Below, one piece after another: positions 1-9,483 of a stretch of 64,000 nucleotides of DNA. Position 1 is the first letter of the stretch; each line of letters starts with the position of its first letter. The notes beneath the pieces were generated by a model that saw nothing but the letters and a program-made list of their open reading frames with translations, was not told the DNA's origin and did not search any database. This DNA is from Minisyncoccota bacterium. Lineage in GTDB: Bacteria > Patescibacteriota > Minisyncoccia > Phycocordibacterales > UBA9973. The stretch lies in assembly GCA_018061865.1 (NCBI GenBank), contig JAGOTH010000001.1, forward strand, positions 4,249-68,248, given 5' to 3'. A program made the translations under genes and the position numbers.

Positions 1-1029
1 GACCTTCTTCTACTTGATGAACCAACAAATAACCTCGATCATGCAGGAATAAGACACCTCACCGACTTCTTGGTAGGCTACAAAAAAACTGTGATGGTTA
101 TCTCTCACGATGCAGAATTTCTAAATGCTTTTTCAACTGGAGTTTTATATCTCGATGTTCATACAAGAAAAGTTGAACAATATGTCGGAAACTACAAAGA
201 TGTTTTGAATGATATTTCTGCTCGAGTAGAAAAAGAAAATATGAAAAATGCTCAGCTCGCTAAGGAAATTCAGGCGAACAAAGACAAGGCGAACGAATTT
301 GCTTTCAAGGGAGGACGTCTCCGAATGGTGGCAAAGAGAATGCGTGAGAAGGCAGAGGAACTTGAAGAAAATATGGTGGATGTTAGAAAAGAAGACAAGA
401 CAATCAGAAACTTCACTATTCCCGCTCAAGAAGATACTTTGGGAGAAATAATCTCTATAACAAGCTTCACAATAATGAGCCCAAAAACTCACGAGATTGT
501 AGAGCGAACCGCAAATATAAAACTAAAAAGAAATCAGCACTTGCTACTTTCTGGACCAAACGGTATCGGAAAAAGCACACTACTTGAAACTCTGGCTGGT
601 GGAAAATCTAAGGGCGCGATTATCGCACCGAGAATTAGAGTTGGGTATTACCGACAAGATTTCTCAACGCTCAATTTCGACGATACTGTTTATCAATCTC
701 TATCAAAAGCGATCATGGAGGGAGGAATGAAAGTGGACGAAGAATTCATCAGAGCGACGGCCTCGGGGTTTCTTATAAAGAGCGATGTGATGCACACTAA
801 GATCGGAAGTCTGTCTGAAGGACAAAAAGGACTCGTCGCCTTCGCTCGGCTCGTATTGCTTCGCCCAGGACTTCTTATTCTCGATGAACCAACAAACCAC
901 ATAAACTTCCGCCACCTTCCAGTTATCGCAAAAGCTCTAAGTGAATACAAGGGTGCCATGATTCTCGTGTCACACGTTCCAGAATTTGTTTCCCAAATTA
1001 GGGTTGATGAAGAGTTGAATCTAGGTTAA
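1..1029 (+). CDS. ABC-F family ATPase (two nucleotide-binding domains), 5' end cut by window edge
   Basis: Reading frame open from nt 1 (DLLLLDEPTNNLD = Walker B of NBD1); second Walker A GPNGIGKST, LSEGQKG signature, ILDEPTNHI Walker B; no TM segments. Confidence 0.75.
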   Translation, partial: DLLLLDEPTNNLDHAGIRHLTDFLVGYKKTVMVISHDAEFLNAFSTGVLYLDVHTRKVEQYVGNYKDVLNDISARVEKENMKNAQLAKEIQANKDKANEFAFKGGRLRMVAKRMREKAEELEENMVDVRKEDKTIRNFTIPAQEDTLGEIISITSFTIMSPKTHEIVERTANIKLKRNQHLLLSGPNGIGKSTLLETLAGGKSKGAIIAPRIRVGYYRQDFSTLNFDDTVYQSLSKAIMEGGMKVDEEFIRATASGFLIKSDVMHTKIGSLSEGQKGLVAFARLVLLRPGLLILDEPTNHINFRHLPVIAKALSEYKGAMILVSHVPEFVSQIRVDEELNLG

Positions 1030-1052
1030 TTCACCAAAAATAAAAAAACCTG

Positions 1053-1466
1053 TTATTCATTACAGGCTCTCAAAAGAGAAAAATATGTTCGGAGAAATAT
1101 ATACTCCGAAGAAAATTTTAAAATATCACAATCCAAAATCGGCAGATTGAGGGATAGAACTTCCCCGGTTTTTCGATCAAAAGAAAATCCCATTTCTTTT
1201 TGAAAAATGATCCGGCAGTTTCCTCGACACTTTCTATATTCAGCTACTTCAACCTCAAATAATTCTTCCGCAAGATATTCGATACTTGGGAAAAATTTCG
1301 GATCTCCATCTTCGTCAATAAAAGCAAATCTTTCTTCTTCGAAGCCAAATCCAGATAAATTTTCTGCTAGAATTTTTGCCTTAAAAACAATAAATGTTTT
1401 AGTTTTGGTTAGGGTTTTCATAAAAAACATTTTCATGAATGTTATCAGACAGGAATTTAAAGTCAA
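1053..1466 (-). CDS. hypothetical protein
   Basis: 137-aa ORF, no recognisable motif; weak hairpin terminators on both sides. Confidence 0.3.
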   Translation of the reverse strand: MTLNSCLITFMKMFFMKTLTKTKTFIVFKAKILAENLSGFGFEEERFAFIDEDGDPKFFPSIEYLAEELFEVEVAEYRKCRGNCRIIFQKEMGFSFDRKTGEVLSLNLPILDCDILKFSSEYIFLRTYFSLLRACNE

Positions 1467-1521
1467 ACAAATAAAAAAACATCAGGGGTTACCTGATGTT
1501 GAATGATTTCTTGTCGAAAGC

Positions 1522-2181
1522 TTACTTCTTGGAGAAATGCCAGCCTATGGCAACAAATGCTGTTTCCTGTTTTTCATTCCCAGGATCTGTGGTTGCCCAC
1601 ACCTTGGAATAAAGACCAGTTTCCCATAAAGTAAATTTTACTTGGGGACCTATGTCCATAAACGATGCATCTGCCTGCTGAAAAAATTGAGCGGAAATAT
1701 TAATTTCAAACAATCCAAGGCCGAAGCCTGTCTGAGAATAATTGTAAATGAAATTTTCATCTTCCCCCGTAGAAAAAGCGTACTGATTCATTACAAAATA
1801 ATTCCAGTAGATGTTTGAATTAATGTCTATCTTTCCTCCACAATTAAATTCTGCGCTCAAACCGTCAAAACCTTCTTCGTTGCCGGCAATTAAAACGCCG
1901 ACTTTTGGGGTGATGAAAAATTTTTCACCACCAAAGGTTTTTCCGAAAATCAACCCAGCAGTTGCCGGGGCGTCGAAATTTAATCTAGCTTCAGTATAGA
2001 AACCTTCAGTTCCTTGGTCGTACCAGAACCAGAAAAGAGGTTTTGGTTCGCCAGCGGTAGAATCAATCGGAATGATGTGGTAGTAACTACCGTCAAAATC
2101 GAATGATTGTTCAGGCTTCTGAGCGTTAACTAATTGGGTGAAAAATGCCACGAAGGCAACAAATAATGTCGTAATTTTCAT
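1522..2181 (-). CDS. secreted beta-rich protein (signal peptide)
   Basis: N-terminal MKITTLFVAFVAFFTQLVNA signal peptide; aromatic-rich alternating pattern; terminator hairpin 1478-1500 downstream on minus strand. Confidence 0.5.
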   Translation of the reverse strand: MKITTLFVAFVAFFTQLVNAQKPEQSFDFDGSYYHIIPIDSTAGEPKPLFWFWYDQGTEGFYTEARLNFDAPATAGLIFGKTFGGEKFFITPKVGVLIAGNEEGFDGLSAEFNCGGKIDINSNIYWNYFVMNQYAFSTGEDENFIYNYSQTGFGLGLFEINISAQFFQQADASFMDIGPQVKFTLWETGLYSKVWATTDPGNEKQETAFVAIGWHFSKK

Positions 2182-2289
2182 AATCTATTTGGTTTTTTAA
2201 ATGTTCATTTATACCTATATAATAGCACAATTGTATATAAAAGTCAAGTCATTTTAGCTTGATAAATAAGGGTAAAATCAGGAAACAAA

Positions 2290-2343
2290 AACCCACACAC
2301 CAAAACATTGATGTGTGGGCATGCCCCGGTGTAAAACCGGGGG
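2290..2343. repeat. CCCACAC...GTGTGGG palindromic hairpin repeat, copy 1, plus second GC hairpin
   Basis: cccacacacc-loop-gatgtgtggg catgcccc then ccccggtgtaaaaccgggg; minus-strand T-run after stop of 2350..3165. Confidence 0.55.
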
Positions 2344-2349
2344 TATAAG

Positions 2350-3165
2350 TTAAAAGTGAACAAACAGATAGGAGTTCATAGAATTTGTCTCGTACGTATA
2401 GCTTAAGGAATACAATCCCTCAAACTTTTCAAGCTCAAAACTTTTCAGTAAACCCCACTCACCACGGATCAGTATTTCTTCAACTGATTCAGTATCGAGA
2501 CCAAATCCCATGTCCGAAAAGAACATAAAGTCTTTGTTTCTGCCAAGTGTGAGCAAAAATAAATTTGCTACCAACTTGTCATTCTGAAAAGCAGTTGTCG
2601 TTGTAACCCTCCCCTTTTCGAAAGTTATAGCACCACCAGAAATATTAGTTTCTGGTTGGTAATACCCTCCTAAAATAAACGAGTTAAATTTCAACTTTGT
2701 CTGCGCTTCAAAAACAGAGTCTCGTAGATATGAACCGATCGCAATCTCTGTGGACGAGTTTGGAATAAACCTAACGGCACCACCCAACCCACCTCCTGGA
2801 ATCTGCCTTAAACTCCACGGTTCAAAGTGAGAACCAGAAGAAACAGGGTGTGGACGATGATGTCCCATCAGAGTTGCAATCTTGCCAGCTTCTATAATCC
2901 AACTTGAATCAGGTCGATAAACTCCAAAAAAAGAGTGGATAAAAGTATTCGGTGTTTGGTAAACACCAAAACTTTTTATCTCAAACTTTGGGTTTACAGC
3001 CCAAACAGCTTCCGCTCCAACTCTCACATTTGTGAAAGAAGGGGTTTCAGCTGAATCAAGTTGATACGAAGCGCCAGAAATCATTCCGGCATAATCCTTT
3101 GTCACTTCCACTTGAGCTATTACTACAAGTGGTAAAAATAAAATTAAAAACAATAAATTTTTCAT
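2350..3165 (-). CDS. secreted beta-rich protein, C-terminal ...VHF
   Basis: Likely start at internal MKNLLFLILFLPLVVIAQ signal peptide (ORF extends to 3249); alternating hydrophobic strands; terminal Phe. Confidence 0.5.
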   Translation of the reverse strand: MKNLLFLILFLPLVVIAQVEVTKDYAGMISGASYQLDSAETPSFTNVRVGAEAVWAVNPKFEIKSFGVYQTPNTFIHSFFGVYRPDSSWIIEAGKIATLMGHHRPHPVSSGSHFEPWSLRQIPGGGLGGAVRFIPNSSTEIAIGSYLRDSVFEAQTKLKFNSFILGGYYQPETNISGGAITFEKGRVTTTTAFQNDKLVANLFLLTLGRNKDFMFFSDMGFGLDTESVEEILIRGEWGLLKSFELEKFEGLYSLSYTYETNSMNSYLFVHF

Positions 3166-3202
3166 TATATTTTGTTTAAAGTTAGTAAATCTTTTTTTGT
3201 TT

Positions 3203-4402
3203 TCACAAAGAGTAGAAAATACTAACTGAATTCGGAATGTGCCCAACATCGGGAATGAATCCGTTTTCCAAAATATATGGTTTATTTATGAATTTTATTT
3301 TTTGCAACAAAAGTTTTGGCCACGGAATAATATCCGGCAAAACACCATCATCTATCTGGTTAAAGTCCCACACACTCACGGTTGAATCAGTTTTCTCCTT
3401 CACGAACTGATAAATCTCAGTTCTTTTGTCGGACTTACTCTCAGCACAAACCGAAGTCGTGCGAAACATAGATCCAAAAAATATCGTGAAAATTAGAACC
3501 AATCCAAACGAATGTTTGAAAATCCTTCCTTCTTCCTGAAGTTCTTTGCGCCATTCAAACAGTTTCCTACTTGAACGAGTAAAATCCTTTATCTTCCCCA
3601 GCTCATCTTTCGACAAAACTGAGAAAAACTCATCTTTTGTTCTACGGTAATCGGCCTCCGCAATAACACTTCTTGCCTTTGTAACAAATAAGTCACGAAT
3701 AAGCATAAATATCACTATTGGGTAAAAAGCCACTGCCAGCGCAAAAGAAAATGGATTTCTCCTCATAAACTTTGACACCTTTCCGTCTACAAAAAACCAG
3801 AAGGTGTATAACAAAAATATTAGCGGGAAGAATTTGAGATATTTCCGAAGGGTCCAATTTGAAATTTCTGACCAATCAAAACTTGAAATATTAGAATCGT
3901 AAGCTTCATCCCAACCAGAAACTTCATTAGAAATCCATCCTTGAACTCCGGTTATTGATGCATAAATATTTTCAGCATCTTCTCTTTCTTGATCCGTTGG
4001 AGCATGATTCTCTCCTGCCCGCACAGCTTCACTGTATAATTCCAACAGAGGATTATTCAGCGCTTGTCCTGATCCATTTGGTGCAAAACCATTCTGGATT
4101 TCCATTAGATTTATCTGTGCCAGGTCACCAATATACTCGTCATAATTATAAAGGTCACCAGCTTTTATCTGACCTCTTCTCAAATCCAAAATTGAGTCCT
4201 GTAAATATTGAATTTGCCTGTTTAAAGATATGTTTGGAAAATTATTTTCATTATCCTTATACATAGGACTACTGGTATAAACAGGATCTTCATTTCTTGA
4301 TTCGATAACAAAACGATAGGCACCCACTCCTTTAAGGAACAGACACAAGAATCCGATGTATATGAACCACCGAATTCTATGAAGAATTTTCTTTGTTTTC
4401 AT
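3203..4402 (-). CDS. hypothetical membrane protein
   Basis: 399 aa, N-terminal and several internal hydrophobic segments; no recognised catalytic motif. Confidence 0.45.
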   Translation of the reverse strand: MKTKKILHRIRWFIYIGFLCLFLKGVGAYRFVIESRNEDPVYTSSPMYKDNENNFPNISLNRQIQYLQDSILDLRRGQIKAGDLYNYDEYIGDLAQINLMEIQNGFAPNGSGQALNNPLLELYSEAVRAGENHAPTDQEREDAENIYASITGVQGWISNEVSGWDEAYDSNISSFDWSEISNWTLRKYLKFFPLIFLLYTFWFFVDGKVSKFMRRNPFSFALAVAFYPIVIFMLIRDLFVTKARSVIAEADYRRTKDEFFSVLSKDELGKIKDFTRSSRKLFEWRKELQEEGRIFKHSFGLVLIFTIFFGSMFRTTSVCAESKSDKRTEIYQFVKEKTDSTVSVWDFNQIDDGVLPDIIPWPKLLLQKIKFINKPYILENGFIPDVGHIPNSVSIFYSL

Positions 4403-4516
4403 AATATTCGGTTTAAAAGGTTCAAAAAATTTAAATAAATTATATAAGAAAAAGCTGATTTAGTCAATATAACCAGAATCCCCTTTTCTGCTAGAATCAG
4501 GGCAAAATAAATTGTT

Positions 4517-5236
4517 ATGAATTCAAAACTGAACATTATTTTCCCAGGGATAGAACACATTTTTATGCCAGTTATCCATATGGATGAGAAGGCTATCGCC
4601 TTCATGAATGCAAAAATTGCTTTCGATTGTGGAGCAGACGCGGTGTGGCTTATAGGTCACGAACTTCCACCTGAGGAGTTTATGAAAAATGCTTTAGAGA
4701 TAAAAAGGTTGATGCCGGACAAATGGATTGGGGTTAATATACTGAAAGCCAAAAACGCAGAAACAATTCAATTGTTTGACAATAGAATGGACGGCCTGTG
4801 GAAGGATTTCGGTGGAATCCGCGAAGAAGATGACGGGACGATTAATGTTACCGATGCTGGAACAATAGACTTTTATATTGGAGAAATGAACACCTTTAAT
4901 CTACAAACTCTATATTTTGGCGGTGTGGCATTTAAATATATAAAAGACGTAAAAACAAACTTCAAAGAAGCAGCAAAGAGAGCTGTCGACTTCATGGATG
5001 TAATAACGACCACCGGTGAAGAAACCGGTAAACCCCCTTCGATTGAAAAAATAAAAGCAATGAAGGAAGGTGCAGGAGATCATCCACTGGCTATCGCCTC
5101 TGGAATGACGGCAGAGAATGTGAAAGAATTTATGCCGCATGTAAGGTGTTTCTTGGTGGCAACCGGGATTTCAAAAGATTTTTATAATCTTGATCCTAGC
5201 GAAACAAGAGCATTTGCAAGAGCTATTGGAAAATAA
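4517..5236 (+). CDS. BtpA/SgcQ-family TIM-barrel protein (putative)
   Basis: C-terminal VITTTGEETGKPPSIEKIKAMKEGAGDHPLAIASGMTAENVKEF...LVATGISKD resembles the BtpA family signature; rho-independent terminator 5240-5265. Confidence 0.5.
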   Translation: MNSKLNIIFPGIEHIFMPVIHMDEKAIAFMNAKIAFDCGADAVWLIGHELPPEEFMKNALEIKRLMPDKWIGVNILKAKNAETIQLFDNRMDGLWKDFGGIREEDDGTINVTDAGTIDFYIGEMNTFNLQTLYFGGVAFKYIKDVKTNFKEAAKRAVDFMDVITTTGEETGKPPSIEKIKAMKEGAGDHPLAIASGMTAENVKEFMPHVRCFLVATGISKDFYNLDPSETRAFARAIGK

Positions 5237-5239
5237 ATG

Positions 5240-5265
5240 AGCCCCGTCTAGAGACGGGGTTTTTA
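5240..5265 (+). terminator. rho-independent terminator
   Basis: GAGCCCCGTCTAGAGACGGGGTTTTT stem-loop plus T-run. Confidence 0.6.
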
Positions 5266-5299
5266 ATTTTAAAAAATTATTTTATAAATGAAAATAAAA

Positions 5300-5340
5300 A
5301 ACCCACAAACCAAAAAATTGGTGTGTGGGTTTGCCCGCCG
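5300..5340. repeat. CCCACAC...GTGTGGG palindromic hairpin repeat, copy 2
   Basis: cccacaaacc-loop-ggtgtgtggg followed by tttgccc; T-run on minus strand after stop of the 5351..5890 gene. Confidence 0.55.
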
Positions 5341-5350
5341 TAATGCGAGA

Positions 5351-5890
5351 TTAATCCAAAACTTCTTTCAGTTGCTTGTTGTATATTTTATCAATAACAA
5401 CAAACAGAACTACGAGTATCACAATAAAAAATGCAGGCTTCCATGTGTCATACATACCGCCTAAAATGGCGGCAGCGGCAACAACTAAAAATCCAAAAAA
5501 TAAACCAGCCTTAAGCAAATTTTCTTTCTTTCTGATGATTCTTTGTGCTTCATTAATCTCCCCCTCACGAAGGAATCTCTTTACAAGCATCTCTGGGCTC
5601 ATCGAATCCAAAAGGATTTTTACTTTGCTCTTCCCTTTTTCAAGGAAAATCATCTGAACATTCTCTCCAACAAAAATTGGGGTTTGGCCATCAGTCGACA
5701 CCACTTTCCCAACGATTCTTTTGTTGGGACACAACTGATCAAGCTCCCTGGCTTCAACGGTCGCCAAAAATCCGTCTCCACAAATATGATAATTCTTATC
5801 CGTGGAAGAAATGTTAACTGGAATTTCAGCCATCCTTTCAAACTCTTCATGAAGAGCGCTGGCAATAGCAAAAGAATATTTGGTGTTCAT
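5351..5890 (-). CDS. hypothetical protein with C-terminal transmembrane anchor
   Basis: 179 aa; soluble N-terminal domain, two C-terminal hydrophobic helices. Confidence 0.4.
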   Translation of the reverse strand: MNTKYSFAIASALHEEFERMAEIPVNISSTDKNYHICGDGFLATVEARELDQLCPNKRIVGKVVSTDGQTPIFVGENVQMIFLEKGKSKVKILLDSMSPEMLVKRFLREGEINEAQRIIRKKENLLKAGLFFGFLVVAAAAILGGMYDTWKPAFFIVILVVLFVVIDKIYNKQLKEVLD

Positions 5891-5940
5891 AAGTAACAGT
5901 TTTGCCTAAAATACCACCTGTTTAGATTTCAGTCAAGGAA

Positions 5941-5966
5941 AAAGCCCCGAGGATACGGGGCTTTTT
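5941..5966. terminator. bidirectional rho-independent terminator
   Basis: AAAGCCCCGAGGATACGGGGCTTTTT; A-run before and T-run after the stem. Confidence 0.6.
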
Positions 5967-5984
5967 GTTTCCAATAGAACGGTC

Positions 5985-6908
5985 TTATTTGTTTAGATAT
6001 TTTCTAACAGCCAGAGTACTTGATAGAATTCCAAGGATTATTCCAAAGAAAAAGTTAACAAGGAAGATCCAGAACAGGTTTGCGGTGTAGTAATCAAACA
6101 AGTCAGTTCCTAAGAAATAAGACATCTTTGCTCCAAGCCAGAGAGTTATTGGAACGAATATAAGAATGGTAACGATAGAAGAAATCACTCCATACATTAT
6201 TCCCTGAACAACAAACGGACCTCGAATGTATAGGTTGTCAGCTCCCACAAGACGCATAATTCCAATTTCTTCTCTTGAGATATAGATCGCAAGTCTGATT
6301 GTGTTGTATGTAATTGCAACTGAAATAAGAACGAGTATCAAAGTTAAAATAACACCAAGCTTCTCTGCGCCATCAATGATTGAGTTCAATCTTTCTATAA
6401 CTTGCTTGTTTTGGTAGTAATTTATTTTTTCAATAATACTTGTTCCATTTGTTGTTAGAACTTTATCGCTCTCCAGATAAGTTGAGATTGATTCGTATTG
6501 AGAAGTTTCTTTTGCTTTTATGTTTATAGAAGCCCCTAGTGGGTTATCGTCTAATTCTTCAAGTGCCTGAAGAGTGAGGTAGTCGTCTTCATGTCTTAGT
6601 TTGAAAGAATCAAGAGCCTCTTCTGCAGAAATGTATCCAACGAGTTCCACTTCCGGAAGTTTTTCGATTTCAGTTTTTAAAGAAGTAATCTCTTCTTCTG
6701 GAGTTCCAGAAATGAAGTAGACAGTTATATCAACTTTATCTTTTATTTGTTCTAGAGAATTAAAAAGCGCCGCTCTCGAAATAACGATTGAAGTCAAAAC
6801 TGAAAGAGTAATGGTAACGGTCAAAAGAGAAGCTAGAGAGATAACTCCATTACGAACGAAACCAACTACCCCTGCCCTGATTATTCTTCTGAAGTGAAAT
6901 TTTTCCAT
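5985..6908 (-). CDS. ftsX: cell division permease FtsX
   Basis: 4-TM FtsX-like topology with large periplasmic loop; immediately downstream of ftsE. Confidence 0.8.
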   Translation of the reverse strand: MEKFHFRRIIRAGVVGFVRNGVISLASLLTVTITLSVLTSIVISRAALFNSLEQIKDKVDITVYFISGTPEEEITSLKTEIEKLPEVELVGYISAEEALDSFKLRHEDDYLTLQALEELDDNPLGASINIKAKETSQYESISTYLESDKVLTTNGTSIIEKINYYQNKQVIERLNSIIDGAEKLGVILTLILVLISVAITYNTIRLAIYISREEIGIMRLVGADNLYIRGPFVVQGIMYGVISSIVTILIFVPITLWLGAKMSYFLGTDLFDYYTANLFWIFLVNFFFGIILGILSSTLAVRKYLNK

Positions 6909-7044
6909 CCCGATTAGAAGCTGACGGTAATAATGTAACCGCTCATGCTTTTTGTTATTTTGTAATTTTTTTGTTTTATTGTTTTTGTCATCTTTTTTTG
7001 ATAATTACCTGCTTCTAACGGGACAAGTTTATTCTAATATTCTA

Positions 7045-7725
7045 CTACATCATTCGCTTCCCGTCCTTGTCATCTCGAACCACTCTGCCCTTCTCAAGTG
7101 TTATAACTCTTCGCCCAATAGATTCGATAACTCCTCTATTGTGAGTTGTAAGAATTACAGTTGTTCCAAGGTCATTAATTTTTTTCAAAATTTGAACAAC
7201 TTCATAGGTGTTAACAGGATCAAGGTTCCCTGTTGGCTCATCAGCAATCAGAATTTCCGGCTGATTAATAATGGCACGAGCAATAGCTAGACGCTGTTTT
7301 TCTCCACCAGAAAGCTGATGTGGAAAATGGTAAATCTTGTCAGAGAGATCAACAAGATCTAAAACATGAGGAACATCAGATTCTATTTCTTCATCACTTT
7401 TTCCCGCGGCCTCCATCGCAAAGGCTATATTTTCATAAGCTGTGAGGTTCGAAAGAAGACGAAAATCTTGGAAAACAACTCCAATCTTTCTTCTAAACTT
7501 AATCAAATCATTGTGTGATAGAGAGTGAATATCTGTTCCATTGAAAAGAACCTTCCCGTAGGTAGGTTTTTCTTCCGCCATAATTAATTTAATTAGAGTA
7601 GTCTTCCCGGCTCCAGAATGTCCAACAACAGAAACAAACTCTCTGTCTTCGACAGTCAAATTAACATCCTCAAGGGAAATTGATTTTGCGGGATAAATTT
7701 TTGAGACATCTTCAAAGGAAAGCAT
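7045..7725 (-). CDS. ftsE: cell division ATP-binding protein FtsE
   Basis: Walker A GHSGAGKTT, ABC signature LSGGEKQR, Walker B ILIADEPTGNLD; 226 aa. Confidence 0.85.
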   Translation of the reverse strand: MLSFEDVSKIYPAKSISLEDVNLTVEDREFVSVVGHSGAGKTTLIKLIMAEEKPTYGKVLFNGTDIHSLSHNDLIKFRRKIGVVFQDFRLLSNLTAYENIAFAMEAAGKSDEEIESDVPHVLDLVDLSDKIYHFPHQLSGGEKQRLAIARAIINQPEILIADEPTGNLDPVNTYEVVQILKKINDLGTTVILTTHNRGVIESIGRRVITLEKGRVVRDDKDGKRMM

Positions 7726-7827
7726 AGAATAGATTTGGGTGTTAGGTTACAGGGAATAGTGGGAATGCAGACAGATATTCATACGGATTTACTAAAGAAT
7801 TATAGCATATCCGAAAACCCCTCAAAG

Positions 7828-8712
7828 TTATCCTTTGTGATTCTTCATTTCTTCAATAAAAGGCTCCAATTCTCCCCCACTCATCACAGCATCAACATCA
7901 GAAGTCTCGTGTCCTGTGCGGTGATCTTTTACCATTTTGTATGGATGCAAGACATAAGAGCGGATTTGATTACCCCATTCTATATCAGTTGTTTTAGCTA
8001 TTTGCATACTTTCAACGAGAGAGAGTCTGTCCTCTTCTGCTTTCTTCCAAAGTTTTCCCGCAATGAGGGAAAGGGCTCGCTCCTTGTTTGCCTCTTGAGT
8101 TCTTTCTTCTGTAACATGCACAGATATTCCAGTCGGCTTGTGTGTTATACGAACAGCCGTTTCGCGTTTGTTTACATTTTGTCCACCAGGTCCTCCACCT
8201 CTGGCAAAATCTATTTCTAGATCATCCGATTTAAGTTCTGGCATCTCGGCTGGTTTTATTACAGGAAGAACTTCAACTAAAGAAAAAGATGTATTTCTTT
8301 TTCCTTTTGAATTAAATGGGGAAATTCTAACGAGACGATGAACTCCGTTTTCATGTTTCAATTCTCCATAAACCCCCTTTCCTTCAACATCCAAAGTTAT
8401 ATTTCTGTAACCTCCGTGATCGTTTTCACTTTTGTTTCGAATGGAAGAAGACCATCCCTTTCGATCAAAAAATCTGTAGTACATTTCTAGAAGCATTTTC
8501 GAAAAATCCTCCGCGTCGTCTCCTCCTGCTCCAGATAATATAGAAAGAACTGCTCCTCCTCGATCAAATTCTCCAAGCCCCTCCTTCTTGTCTTTCAGAT
8601 TTTGAAGCTCACGAACAATTGTTTGAGCCTTGTTCTTGTCGAGCCAAAAATCAGACCGTTGCATTTCGGCTTCTATTTCTTCAATTCTGTTTTTTATCTG
8701 TTCCTCCGTCAT
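7828..8712 (-). CDS. prfB: peptide chain release factor 2, short N-terminus, no programmed frameshift
   Basis: SPF motif ([15 protein letters not shown]), GGQ motif ([10 protein letters not shown]); in-frame TAA 9 nt upstream of the ATG and no upstream ORF in any frame. Confidence 0.85.
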   Translation of the reverse strand: MTEEQIKNRIEEIEAEMQRSDFWLDKNKAQTIVRELQNLKDKKEGLGEFDRGGAVLSILSGAGGDDAEDFSKMLLEMYYRFFDRKGWSSSIRNKSENDHGGYRNITLDVEGKGVYGELKHENGVHRLVRISPFNSKGKRNTSFSLVEVLPVIKPAEMPELKSDDLEIDFARGGGPGGQNVNKRETAVRITHKPTGISVHVTEERTQEANKERALSLIAGKLWKKAEEDRLSLVESMQIAKTTDIEWGNQIRSYVLHPYKMVKDHRTGHETSDVDAVMSGGELEPFIEEMKNHKG

Positions 8713-8720
8713 TAAAGATG

Positions 8721-8729
8721 ATTATACCA
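8721..8729 (-). promoter_or_regulatory. extended -10 (TGGTATAAT) 8 nt upstream of prfB ATG; possible leaderless transcript
   Basis: minus-strand ...ctactcTGGTATAATcatctttaATG. Confidence 0.3.
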
Positions 8730-8873
8730 GAGTAGTCTAAGGGCTTTTCAAAAAAAACCCAAAAAGCCTTACAAAACAAGGTCAATAATACAAGTAAAAC
8801 AGACCTTTGGGAATGGGCTCATAAACCACCAAAAATGGTAAAATGGATAGGCATTAAAAGATTAAAATCATAT

Positions 8874-9428
8874 ATGAAATTAGACAAACAAAACAAAACA
8901 TACCTGGGAATTGCCGGGGCAATTCTGGTAATAATTGCAATAATCTTTGTTGGTAAAAAAGATGTAGAAGCCCCAACACCACAAGAGCCAGAAATAACAG
9001 AAGAAGAGACCACAGACACTCTAACAAGTGGTTATACTTTTGATGTTCCAGCTCTAGTTATCAACGAAGGAGATGTGAAAAGCTGTGCTTTCTCAATTGA
9101 AACTCCAAAAGTATTGAGCAAAGTAACTTTCCCTCTTACAATCACAGGAGAGATTGTGCCAAGCCTATCTTGTCCTTGGGTTAAATTCGAAGGAATGGGA
9201 GGAACAATCAAACTCAAAGATATAGACGGGAATGTTATCGCTGGACCAGTTGGATTCTCTGCTGGAGAGGAATGGATGAACACAAACCCATTCCCTGTTT
9301 CTGTAACAATTGATTCAGTTAGTAACGATTTTTCTGGAGATATAATTTATGTTTATCTTGAAGACGCAAATGCTGCCGACTCAAGCGAAAGCCCAACAAA
9401 ATATTATACTTTCCCAGTAAAGTACTAG
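8874..9428 (+). CDS. membrane-anchored Gmad2-like immunoglobulin-fold protein (putative)
   Basis: N-terminal TM (LGIAGAILVIIAIIFVG); C-terminal VKFEGMGGTIKLKD...DIIYVYLED resembles the Gmad2 fold; start taken at internal MKLDKQ. Confidence 0.4.
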   Translation: MKLDKQNKTYLGIAGAILVIIAIIFVGKKDVEAPTPQEPEITEEETTDTLTSGYTFDVPALVINEGDVKSCAFSIETPKVLSKVTFPLTITGEIVPSLSCPWVKFEGMGGTIKLKDIDGNVIAGPVGFSAGEEWMNTNPFPVSVTIDSVSNDFSGDIIYVYLEDANAADSSESPTKYYTFPVKY

Positions 9429-9438
9429 TCTCACATTA

Positions 9439-9469
9439 AAAAATCCCCCATAATCGTGGGGGATTTTTT
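9439..9469 (+). terminator. rho-independent terminator
   Basis: AAAATCCCCCATAATCGTGGGGGATTTTTT. Confidence 0.65.
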
Positions 9470-9483
9470 AATTTTTAAAACAG

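Noticed and set aside
7735-8220. ORF 7735..8220(+) and other embedded ORFs (1207..1506, 3955..4266, 15319..15606, 40414..41235 and similar)
   Set aside because: Each lies entirely inside, and antisense or out of frame to, well-supported genes (prfB, ligA, ftsH and others); low-complexity translations.
8713-8830. Programmed +1 frameshift N-terminal exon of prfB
   Set aside because: All three minus-strand frames upstream of the ATG contain stops within 10-30 nt and no CUU UGA C-type shift site exists. The protein simply starts at about E. coli residue 45.
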